Shown here in pieces: positions 1 to 10,232 of a DNA stretch of 64,000 bases. The translations under genes were made by a program, and so were the position numbers. The stretch spans positions 12,445,432-12,509,431 of the forward strand of contig NC_092679.1 in the NCBI RefSeq assembly GCF_964355755.1, read 5' to 3'. The notes below the pieces were generated by a model. The model was not told where the DNA came from. It ran no database searches and saw only the letters and a list, made by a program, of their open reading frames with translations. The stretch comes from Antedon mediterranea. Its lineage: Eukaryota > Animalia > Echinodermata. Positions within the stretch are counted from its first letter, which is position 1. The number at the start of each line of letters is the position of its first letter.

Positions 1-1043
1 TCTTATTGTTGGTTTCAGCCTAACGAGCGAGCCCGTAACAAATTGGGGGGGGGGGGGGTGTCATCCGAGAACAAAGTACGGAATTGTAGTTGTAGATCAA
101 ACTGATGGTAATTTTAGTTACTTATTCTAAGCTGGTTTTAGGTTTAGAGTCGTTTTATAACGAACGAGGTTTGGCGGTCGTCAAGCCAGTACACTGTGTT
201 GTTGTTTTAGGCTTGTGTAGGCTTGCCTGTGATAGTATTAGTAGAAGTCGGTTTGGCTTTGATTTTAGGGGTCTAGGCCTAGGCCTAGTTATTGAGACCA
301 CGGTGCACGGTAGGTTTAATACTGTGTGGGCTTGGCAGGTATTTAATTACGGGTGCCTTAATTATCGTCATACTGGTTATTTTAACCTGTGTTTTTGTTT
401 GTTTGTTTCGAATAGAAACTAGGCCTAGGCCTATGTCAGAAAGTGATTTTGACGAGGAATTTTTGGATAGCATGTCCATTGAGGTGGTAGCTCAGCTATC
501 AGAGGAGCGTTTGCGACTAGCATCTATAAATGATTCCATGAATAAATATGACTTGATAAATGTGATTGGAAATCATGTTGGTTTAATTACTCATGAATCC
601 GTAAAAACTGCGGGGAATGAGGTCGAGTTGGCTAGAATTGAGTTGGAGCATGAAAAATTGATTTTTGAAAAAAGAAAAATAGAGATGCAAACTCAAAGAG
701 AAATGGAAAAAGAAAAACATGAATTTGAGTTAAGGAAATTAGAATTAGCTAACCAAATGGGTCACACCACACGGGTTTCTACACCTAATGATTCAGAGAT
801 TACTCAGAATATTAAATGGGTTCCCAAGTTTAATGAGGACGAGGTAGAGACATATTTTTTAGCTTTTGAGAAAATTGCTAATAGATTAAAGTGGCCTGCT
901 AAACACTGGACTGTGTTGTTACAAACTGCTCTTGTGGGTAAAGCCCAAGAGGTATTTTCTGCATTGGCTGATGATCAATGTGAAAGCTATGATGCGGTTA
1001 AAACTGCTGTTTTGTCAGCTTATGAGTTAGTTCCAGAGGCGTA
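1..1043 (+). mobile_element. Gypsy/Ty3 (Gmr1-like) LTR retrotransposon, 5' part: LTR end, putative PBS, truncated gag
   Basis: LTR-like end ...GTAACA at 40 is followed by AATTGGGGG...TCATCCGAGA, resembling a tRNA-Pro PBS (TGGGGGCTCGTCC). A gag ORF lies downstream. The rest of the element is absent after the Polinton insertion. Confidence 0.7.
433..1043 (+). pseudogene. Gypsy gag N-terminal half (coiled coil plus capsid-like region), truncated by Polinton insertion
   Basis: The protein has an E/K-rich coiled coil, then VPKFNEDEVETYFLAFEKIA..LKWP..HW..LLQTALVGKAQEVFSAL....CESYDAVKTAVLSAYELVPEA, typical of Gmr1-type gag. The expected next codon (Tyr, TAy) is cut after TA. Confidence 0.85.
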
Positions 1044-1089
1044 AGTAGTAGATAAGGTACTTCAGCCCAATGTTGACCTTGGTGTATTT

Positions 1090-1290
1090 TTATAATTAAT
1101 TAATTAGATTAATTTCCTGTTATTGTAATAATTAAATTATTCTTAATCTTAATTAATGAAGGTCATTCTTTCCTGGTTTCGTAATAATTAAAGTATTCTT
1201 AATTAATGAAGGTCGTTCTTTTCCTGGGTTCTTAATAATTAAATTATTCTTAATTAATGAAGGTCTTCTATAGGTATAATAAATTATTTT
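1090..1290. repeat. Subterminal ~55-bp tandem repeats within the Polinton left end
   Basis: There are 3-4 copies of TAATAATTAAATTATTCTTAATTAATGAAGGTC.TTCTTTCCTGG. Confidence 0.75.
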
Positions 1291-1620
1291 TCTGGCGCGT
1301 ATTTTTGATTTGTCCTTTCTCCCATCTCTCCATTTTTTCCCTTTGTTGTTGTTTAATTAAGGTGTTTCCTGGGTCCATGTTTTCCGTTTGGTCGAAGGCT
1401 AAATCTAATGGTCACTGTTGTGGGAAGGTCTTCCTAATTATTTAAGGGGTTGTTTGACCAATCTTAATAGCGGACACATTTCCTAAAGGAAGTTCTAAGT
1501 ACCTTTGTTTGTTTGTTTTTTAATTTAATTAGTGTCATGGAATGGTATAAAAACAACGCAAGTGTGGGTAATTCTTTATTCGCTTACTGAACCAAGACTT
1601 ATTACTGATTTTTTTTTACA

Positions 1621-4600
1621 ATGGCTCATTATGCATCATCATCATCATCTTCCGATTCTAACGATAGCTTGTTTATCGAATGCCAGAGAGCAGTTGAAGC
1701 TATCGTTAGTTTATCGCGGAATAATGTCGAAAATATCGATACCAACAATGTTGTCCCCGATATTGGACTACTAGAAGATTTCGTATTTAATGACCAGGAC
1801 CTTGATTTGGATGTTAGCCAGAGTGTTTCTGAAGCCGATAGCCTCTCACTTTCGGATATTTGCAATAATGCTATTGAGATAGTGCAGGAGCTATCGGCTA
1901 ATTTACGTATTGATCACGTAGAAGTAAGTGTTTGTTTATTTTATTTTTTACGTAATATTTATTTTACCGTGTATAATTCTTAAAAGTAGATTGTGTGTAA
2001 CCGAACGTGTGTTTACAGCGTTTTACGGTTTCTTTGCGTTTCTTTCTAATTTATTTATTTTTTTTTAATATTTTTTTTTTTACCGTGTATATCTCTCGTT
2101 TACGGTTTATATACGTTTTCCTTTCTAATTTATCTATTTATTTTTTTCTGTATAGTACGGTGTTGGTGCTCACACCAAATGTTTGAGTTTGAGAGGAAAT
2201 GTCGAGATTAATGATTCAGTGGAGTCTTCGATTATTGAGGTACAGTAACTATCGTTTTTTTCTCTTTACTACTGTTGTTGTTGTTGTTGTTGTTGTTGTT
2301 GTACCACGTCTTTTATTTCTTTTTCTTTACTGTTTTTCTCTGTTTGTTTTCAGCCTGCACCCATACAATATGGAAGGGGCGTTAATAGAAAGAGGCTCAG
2401 AATCGAAGACGGAGAAAAAGAAGAATTTGCGATATTGATACTATTGAAGACGAGGACCTTAATCTTGATGAGGTAGAGTTGAATCACTTCTGTAGAATCG
2501 TTCAATTAGCTGATAGGTTTAACCAACGTTTTAACGCGTCTATTAGCGATTTTTTAGTTAATTTTTTAAATATTGATTTAAGTTTAGAAGTGATTCTGTC
2601 CACACTGTATCGAATTTTTGAGCATGTCGTCGATAATCTCTGCATTAACGTGCATGTCGACAAAAAAGATGCAATCAAAATTACCAAATTATTGTCATTT
2701 CAAATAACAATTTAAATTCTGTCAATTTTAGCGGCGATTATAGAAAGAAGCAGATATATCTTTATCATCATTCTAATCATTACGATCTCATAACCACAAT
2801 GACAGGTTTTCTAAAAATTGATTATTTTTGCGATAGATGTCATAAGGGGTATAATCACAAATACCAACACAATTGTCAATTTACGTGCGTGCTGTGTAAG
2901 CACAATGACTGCCCCTCTTCTAATTCTTTTGAAAATAGAGAGAGTAGAATAGAGTGTAAAGAATGTAATAGATTTTTTAAGGATAAGCAATGTTTCACCA
3001 ATCATAAAAAATCTCCTGATTCTAAAAAAGTTTCAGTATGTGACAAAATTAAAAATTGTTCAACTTATAATAGGATCGTTCAAAAAGATCACAATTGTCA
3101 AAACCGTTTTTGTAGAATTTGTGGGACTTTCGTTTCATACGATCATCAATGCTACATGGAACCGGTTGTAGCCCCTACTGTAAGCATACTGAAAAAAAGT
3201 TTAAGAATCAGGAGGCCCGTAACAGAGCTGTCACTAAATATTTCTTTTTTGATTTAGAATGCACGCAAGATACAGGCGAACACAAACCAAATTTATACGT
3301 TCTTCAAAAAACTTGTCTTAATTGTATCGACGGTGCTAATGATTCCGCCGATTGTGACGTGTGTGGGGATAAAACAGTGGTTTTTCATGGGGGGTCTGCA
3401 TGCGAAGATTTCTGCAATTACGTATTCAAAGATTACAAATTTAACGAAAATATTACGTGTATCGCTCACAACTTCCAGGGTTATGATAGCTACTTCGTGC
3501 TCAACTACCTGTACGAAAACTCCATTGTACCGGATGTAATTGCTCGCGGTGGTAAACTTATTTCGATTAGGACTAAAGAAACGAACATTCGATTCATCGA
3601 TTCCCTTTCATTTCTGCCCATGCCTCTATCAAAATTGCCCAAAACTTTTGGCATCTCCGAACTTAAAAAAGGTTACTTTCCTCATTATTTCAATTCTTTA
3701 GAAAATCAAAATTACGTAGGTCCTTAACCCGATTCTTCAAATTATTCCCCCGATAAAATGACTACTTCAGGTCGAGAATCTTTCTTTAAATGGTACAACC
3801 AGAAAATTGAAAGTAATCAAGTATTTGATCTTAAAAAAGAACTCGTCGAGTATTGTATCAGCGATGTAGATATTCTCAGAAAGTGTTGTCTTACTTTTAG
3901 ACATCTTTTTTTGAAAGTAACTATATCGCCGAAAAACCCTCTACTCGGCGGTGTTGACCCCTTTTCAAATAATTTAATGACAATTGCCTCAGCGTGTAAC
4001 CACGTATTTTCTAGAAATTTTTTAAAACCATCCACCATCGCTCTATTTCCATCATCAGGGTATCTAACAACCGTTAACCATTCTCACTCTAGCATGGAAT
4101 GGCTGTGCTACGAGTCGCATAAAAGGGGGGGGGTCTTTATCCATCATGCCAGAAATGGAGGGGAAAAAATGTTTGGACCTTACTCTGTCGACGGCGCATG
4201 TTTAGAAAACAAAATAATTTTCGAATTTATGGGGTGTTTTTTCCACGGGTGCCAAGATTGTTATAGACCCGATTCCATTAATCCCTTCAATAACGAGACC
4301 ATGTTGGAATGCTTTGTCAAGACAAGCAAGAAAACACGGTTTCTGAAGGAACAATTTCCAGATTTCGAATACGTCGAAATTTGGGGGCACGAATGGAAAC
4401 GGATCAAACAATCGTTGGCCCCAAACATTAAATCTATCGTCTCCAAAGTTCCTTTAATTAGGCAAACTTTGAATCCAAGAGACGCGTTTTTCGGTGGGAG
4501 GACTAATGCCAGTTGTTTGTTCTATAAGGTAAAACCGGGTGAAGAAATTAATTACATAGATTATACTTCCTTGTATCCTTATGTAAATAAATACGGTACC

Positions 4601-5777
4601 TACCCCGTAGGGCATCCTGAAATCAATGATCGCAACGACATGTCCACAGATATCAACGATTATTTCGGCTTGATAAAGTGTACAATCGAAGCGCCTAAAA
4701 AATTATTCCGTCCGGTCTTACCTTATAGATCAAACGGTAAATTAATGTTTGCTCTCTGTAGAACATGCGCCGATTCTCAACAACAAACCGCTTGCAATCA
4801 TTCCGGTACAGATAGAGAATTTACAGGTTCTTGGGCAACGATCGAAGTCGCTAAAGCCGTGGAAGTTGGGTACAAGATACGTAAAGTTCACGTAGTATGG
4901 CACTTTAAAAATAAAAGCGCGTACTCTGCAGATTCTCCCTCGTCCGGTCTATTTGCCTCTTACATTAACACCTTTTTAAAATTGAAACAAGAAGCTTCGG
5001 GTTGGCCTGAATGGTGTAAAACGCCCGAAGATAAACAAAAATACATTTCGGACTATCGAACCGTAGAAGGTATCGACTTGAATCATGACGACATTGCGTA
5101 CAATCCTGGGCTTCGATCTCTGGCCAAATTAATGCTAAATAGTTTTTGGGGTAAATTTGGCCAGCGTGAAAATCTCACGAGAATTAAATATACGCAAGAT
5201 CCTAACGAGGTTTACGATATTTTATCGAACCCTGGGATAACCGTTCATGACATAAATTTTGTTAATGATGATTTGGCGGAGGTAAAATACGAGGACGAGG
5301 AACAATTTGTTGCAGTTAACCGAAAGGTTAACGTTGTCATTGGCGCATTTACCTGTATTACGATACTGACAGCGTAATCTTCGTATCAAAACCCGGGGAT
5401 TGGGACCCTCCCCTGGGCGACTATTTGGGTCAGTTAACGAGGTCGATCCTAAAGATGGTAAATTCATCGAGTCCTTCGTTTCTGGGGGGCTTAAGAACTA
5501 CGCCTATAAATTGGATACGGGGAAGACCGTTTGTAAAGTTAAGGGTTTTACCCTTAACTTTACAAACGCTCAGAAAATTAATTTTGACACCGTCTCCAAT
5601 ATGGTAAGGGGTGTTGGTCCCGATACAATTAAGACGGTTGAGAAGAATCGCATAACGCGCAAGCCAAAAACACGCAAGATAGTCAACGAAACATCGCCTA
5701 AAGACTATCGAATCGTGTACGACAAAAGAATTATTATCGAAAATTATCGTACAGTTCCTTACGGGTATGTTTGGTGA
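1621..5777 (+). pseudogene. Polinton protein-primed family B DNA polymerase (pPolB), probably with two 5' introns; frameshifted, with internal deletions
   Basis: Motifs: Zn-finger Cys clusters (2799-3160); ExoI YFFFDLEC; ExoII AHNFQGYDSYF; KGYFPHYFN; ExoIII YCISDVDIL; VSR-like insert VDG..FEFMGCFFHGC; FFGGRTN; DYTSLYP; KLMLNSFWGKFGQ; YYDTDS at 5356-5373 in a shifted frame; KNYAY; KVKGFTL; YDKR..TVPYGY. Lesions: stop at 3725-3727, frameshifts near 2430, 3200 and 5440, deletions near 2660 and 5355. Putative 5' exons are 1621-1923, 2156-2239 and 2354 onward. Confidence 0.92.
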
Positions 5778-5989
5778 ATCACGGCAATAAATTTCTTTTT
5801 AAAAATGTAAACATACTTTGTTATAGATAATTATTTGTTACTCTTTATACATTCTTTACCGTACTCTCTCTTTTTTTATAGTTTGAACAAAATATATTTG
5901 TAGTTTTAATGTAAATATTTTTATACCTGTTTTAATATAAATAATTTTTATACCCGTTTTTTAAAGTCGAATTTTTGCGGGTTAAGTAA

Positions 5990-6730
5990 ATATATTTTTA
6001 AATATTTTTCCGCTTGATTCTTATGTCGATACCGTTTCTCTTTTTGTAGATTAAGTAAATATATTTCGTAATTTTAATTTAAATATTTTTCCACTTGAAT
6101 TCTTATGTCGATACCGTTTCTCTTTTTGTAGCTTATTAGTGAATATTGTTATAACTGTTTTAATGTTAATAAATTTTATACTTATAAAATCGATTTTTGT
6201 AGATTAAGCAATATTTTTGTAATTTTAATTTTAATATTTTTCCACTTGAATTCTTATGTCGATACTGTTTCTCCTTTTTGTAGATTAAGTAAATATATAT
6301 TTTCCACTTGAATTTCTTATGTCGATACCGTTTCTCTTTTTGTAGCTTATTAGTGAATATTGTTATAACTGTTTTAATGTTAATAAATTTTATACTTATA
6401 AAATCGATTTTTGTAGATTAAGCAATATTTTTGTAATTTTAATTTTAATATTTTTCCACTTGAATTCTTATGTCGATACTGTTTCTCCTTTTTGTAGATT
6501 AAGTAAATATATATTTTCCACTTGAATTTCTTATGTCGATACCGTTTCTCTTTTTGTAGCTTATTAGTGAATATTGTTATAACTGTTTTAATGTTAATAA
6601 ATTTTATACTTATAAAATCGATTTTTGTAGATTAAGCAATATTTTTGTAATTTTAATTTTAATATTTTTCCACTTGAATTCTTATGTCGATACCGTTTCT
6701 CATTTTGCAGATTAAGCAAATATATTTTTG
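5990..6730. repeat. AT-rich tandem array, 214-bp higher-order unit built from 151-bp and 63-bp subunits
   Basis: GCTTATTAGTGAATATT recurs at 6131, 6345 and 6559. The core TTCTTATGTCGATAC(C/T)GTTTCTC occurs 7 times. Confidence 0.9.
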
Positions 6731-6952
6731 TAAAGTTATTTTGTTTTATGCGAAATTTGAAATAAATGTAATCACTGTACTTGTTTATAATATATATACT
6801 TGTCTGTTTCTTAATGTTGACGTGGAAGATGACGATAACAACAACAACAACAAAAGACGTACGTAATGGTGACTGTAATTTTATTTTATCGTATCCAATA
6901 TAAATATTGTAATCTCTCCTCTTTCTTGTTTAAATTTTTTATTTATCCGACG

Positions 6953-7064
6953 TCACCAAACAATTCGTTCCAGCAAGGCCATATAAATGCCTACTAGCCA
7001 GTCGATCAAGTACCATGCTTTGTTAATTCCTAACTTCGTACTACATAGAACAAGTTCCTATAAA

Positions 7065-7095
<31 letters not shown>

Positions 7096-7518
7096 AGATA
7101 ATATAAAAACAATTAATTACCAAAAATGATAATAAATGAAAAAAAAAAGAAATTTACTTACCAAATCACTGTCGTTACGAAGTTCTAATGAGGAAAACTT
7201 TTCCTTCACAAATTCGCAGGAAACGTGTAAAACGTTTTCTAATTCTAAAACAGTATCACACTGCATGGCAACACTTGCGCATACTGAAATTCCTGTCACG
7301 AGTCTACGGACGTGTATGTTTTGATCAATCATCATTTGCTTCAACACACTATCCAACGTCTCCGAAGTAATTTCGTTACACAAGGCAATCAATCCATACT
7401 TTTTCTCCACCTCGTTACAAAGGCGAATAGTACTATGGAGGATTGGGGAGTCCCACACAACTTTCCCCGTTAATTTATATTCAATGTACGATAAAGTTAG
7501 TTTTTCCAAATCTGCCAT
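6953..7518 (-). CDS. Bcl-2-like protein carried by the Polinton (2 exons: 7518-7162, 7057-6953; 153 aa)
   Basis: MADLEKLTLSYIEYKL is BH4-like, STIRLCNEVEKKY is BH3-like, and VLKQMMIDQNIHVRRLVTGISVCASVA is BH1-like. A phase-0 GTAAGT...TTTTTATAG intron of 104 nt joins to ELVLCSTKLGINKAWYLIDWLVGIYMALLERIVW*, a hydrophobic tail. Confidence 0.65.
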
Positions 7519-7742
7519 TTCTCTCTCTATTAGTACACAGACGTTAATGACGTTGGAATTGATTTTTAGGATTTGATATACAATCATTTGTTAACGTAAT
7601 TATCTTTATTAATCTCCTATTGGTTTATATTCTCGTCTCCCATCCCTTTCATTTTTTCTATATTGGGATGATGTGGATAAGGAACCCTTCACCTCGTTAT
7701 AAAGTACCGATATACAAAGGCGATGAATCATTAAAACTGAAG

Positions 7743-8372
7743 ATGACGTGTGTACTGGTAACCCCCTTCACCGCCGTAATTAGTGGACCGACCTCATCGG
7801 GAAAATCATATTTCGTGAAGCAATTATTGGAAAGCCATTATTTCGATAAGCCGTTCGATGACATCACGTGGTGTTATGGGGAATACCAGCCCCTTTTCAC
7901 CGAACTGAGCGGATCTATTAACAACATTCAATTTATATAAGGGATAATTCGATAGAAACGATGGAACCGTCAAAAAACCATTTAGTAATCATTGATGATT
8001 TAATGACCGAGTGTAGTCGCGATAAAAGAGTGGTAAATATGTTTACAAAGGGATCGCATCATAGAAACATTTCGGTTAAATTCATTATGCAAAACTTTTT
8101 CTACGGTTCTAAAGAAATCCGTACCATCACTTTAAACGCTCACTATATAATACTGTTTAAAAACCCTCGGGATAAATCTCAAATAGCTAACCTATCCAAA
8201 CAAAATGTATCCCGGAAGGACGATTTCTACGGGAGGCTTTTGAAGACGCTACCCGTGTACCGTACGGCTTTCTTTTAATCGATCTAAAAGCAAATACTCC
8301 GGAGGAAATGTGAGAGTTAGAAGTAACATATTTTCAAAAAACAATCACTTTGTTTACGTACCGAGAATATAA
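7743..8372 (+). pseudogene. Polinton genome-packaging ATPase (FtsK/HerA, A32-like)
   Basis: Walker A ISGPTSSGKS, WCYGEYQ, Walker B LVIIDDLM, FTKGSHHRNISV, QNFF and LNAHYIILFKNPRD are present. There is a stop at 7938-7940 plus frameshifts. Confidence 0.92.
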
Positions 8373-8421
8373 AACGCGACCTGTACCGTTCCATTAAATC
8401 ATTTACCCGTTTACGAACACC

Positions 8422-8508
8422 ATGTCGAAACGTATCAAAAAGAACGCTGAAACTATTCTTTTCCTAGCCCACTGTTCACCGCCTCAAAGAAAACTAATCC
8501 TGGAAAAC
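8422..8508 (+). pseudogene. N-terminus of the small Polinton-type ORF that follows the ATPase
   Basis: MSKRIKKNAETILFLAHCSPPQRKLILEN, then broken by an insertion. Its position and basic character fit the small ORF commonly found after the ATPase. Confidence 0.5.
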
Positions 8509-8537
8509 TATAACTATATTTTAAAAGCTGTTATCTT

Positions 8538-9256
8538 GCGGCCGCCACTTAATAATTAGTACATGTCCCGTCACGTGACATGTACGTGCATTGGATCGGA
8601 GGCGATGTTGCATATGGAACGCCATCGCTGCCTCCGGCAGCAAACTTTAATTCTATTCGGCTCTTTTACCATTCGGCGCATTTCTATTCGGCCCATTTAC
8701 CATTACGTTCGGCTCTTTCAGCATTCGACTCTTTTTTATTCGGCCCATTTACCATACGTTCGGCTCTTTTTGATTTTTTTATACGGCGCAATTAAATTCT
8801 GACCTTTTACATGGGGTCAAATGGAAGAAATCAACGGCTGGAAATGAGTCTATGAAAAGTTTACAAAACATATAGATGCAGCATGTAGAGTGTTTGGTTG
8901 GTTGAATTAAATGAATTTGAAGGCTATTTCAATATGACTAATCATTTTATTGACATGATTAATGTGTTAGAGAACTTGCAATTGTCCCACCTTATTGACT
9001 ATTTTGAAAGAGAAAAGGTTTGATTTATGGCCTAGGCTAGCTAGACCTAGTCTAGTGTCTGTCTTTTAACAATAATAATTTACCCTTTCTCTCTCAAAAT
9101 TTGTTAAAAAATGAATTAATTTTAGGTTATTCAACACATCTTTAATCGTAAATATGGTAAATGGGCCGAATAGAAATGCGCCGAATGCTAAAAGAGCCGA
9201 TCGTAATGGTTGTAAAAGAGCCCAATAGAATTTAAAAGTAATTAAGTGGCGGCCGC
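8538..9256. mobile_element. Non-autonomous TIR-like insertion with internally repetitive inverted arms
   Basis: A perfect 16-bp inverted repeat GCGGCCGCCACTTAAT (8538-8553) / ATTAAGTGGCGGCCGC (9241-9256), plus inverted ATTCGGC-repeat blocks at ~8645-8770 and ~9150-9235. No clear TSD. Confidence 0.65.
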
Positions 9257-9506
9257 GAAGAATTGAAATTGAGTTGAAAATCTAATGTTGAAATCATAAA
9301 TTTTGATAAAAAACTCTTTATAATATCTTCCTAAGATAGAAATATGGAAAAATAGCGTCAATGCCAAAACTAATGTTATCAAATCTACGTTTCGCGGTAC
9401 ATCTGAGATAGATAAGGTAGGTAGGCCTATCCAAGGCGGAGATTTGTACCGAAGTTTTTGCATTGCGCTCGCCTATGTCAGAATTAACCATAATTTATAT
9501 TATAGA
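9257..9506 (-). repeat. Dispersed repeat with Helitron-like 5' end, copy 1
   Basis: It is highly similar in reverse complement to 61932-62175 and begins A|TCTATAATATAAA on the minus strand. Confidence 0.7.
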
Positions 9507-9654
9507 TTCTATATCGAAAGAAATACTACAAAGTATGCCCTCATCGTTGAAATCCAAAACAAAAACATTACTAGACCGGATAGACCGTTACCGGAAGATG
9601 GGCGTAATTGATTGGTCAAGATACGGCGAATTACTAATCGAAGGACAAGCGGTA

Positions 9655-9943
9655 AAGATAAAGATAAATTTATTGAATGAACGCTTTTGTATCAGCGGCA
9701 CACGTTTATAAGACGGTGCGTTCATTTACAAGGCAATGTAAAAACAAAAAGAAAAGTATCAAAAACATTTAAGTCTTAACTAAGAAGCGAATTATACAAG
9801 TAAAATTAAATTAGTAAAAACAAGGTAATCTTACATATCGAACAATACTTAACCTATATGATGGAGTTAATGTTATTATCTATTTATTATCAGTATTATT
9901 AATATTTTCAAGTTTTAAGCGAATATATTATCATTATTATCAC

Positions 9944-9992
<49 letters not shown>

Positions 9993-10194
9993 GCTAATTG
10001 ATTTATTATACTGTTATTATTAAAATAAATGCAACTTTTATATGAGTATTTGTTCTTATTATATTTAATATTAATAGTTATTTGTAATTTAATTAAATGT
10101 GATACAATTTTTATTATACTATTTAGTCTTATTTTTAGTACTGTATTATTTATTTATTTTATTTAGATTTAGGTTACATTATATAATTTTGAAG

Positions 10195-10232
<38 letters not shown>

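Noticed and set aside
1621-1983. E1A-like Rb-binding oncoprotein
   Set aside because: It is acidic but has no LxCxE motif. It is better explained as a spliced 5' exon.
5990-6730. CRISPR-like repeat-spacer appearance
   Set aside because: The spacers are themselves repeated (214-bp period), there are no cas genes, and the context is eukaryotic.
7117-7587. The listed 156-aa ORF as the true protein
   Set aside because: Its C-terminal VSKFLFFFIYYHFW reads through a consensus donor into a T-rich intron. The spliced form starting at 7518 is more plausible.
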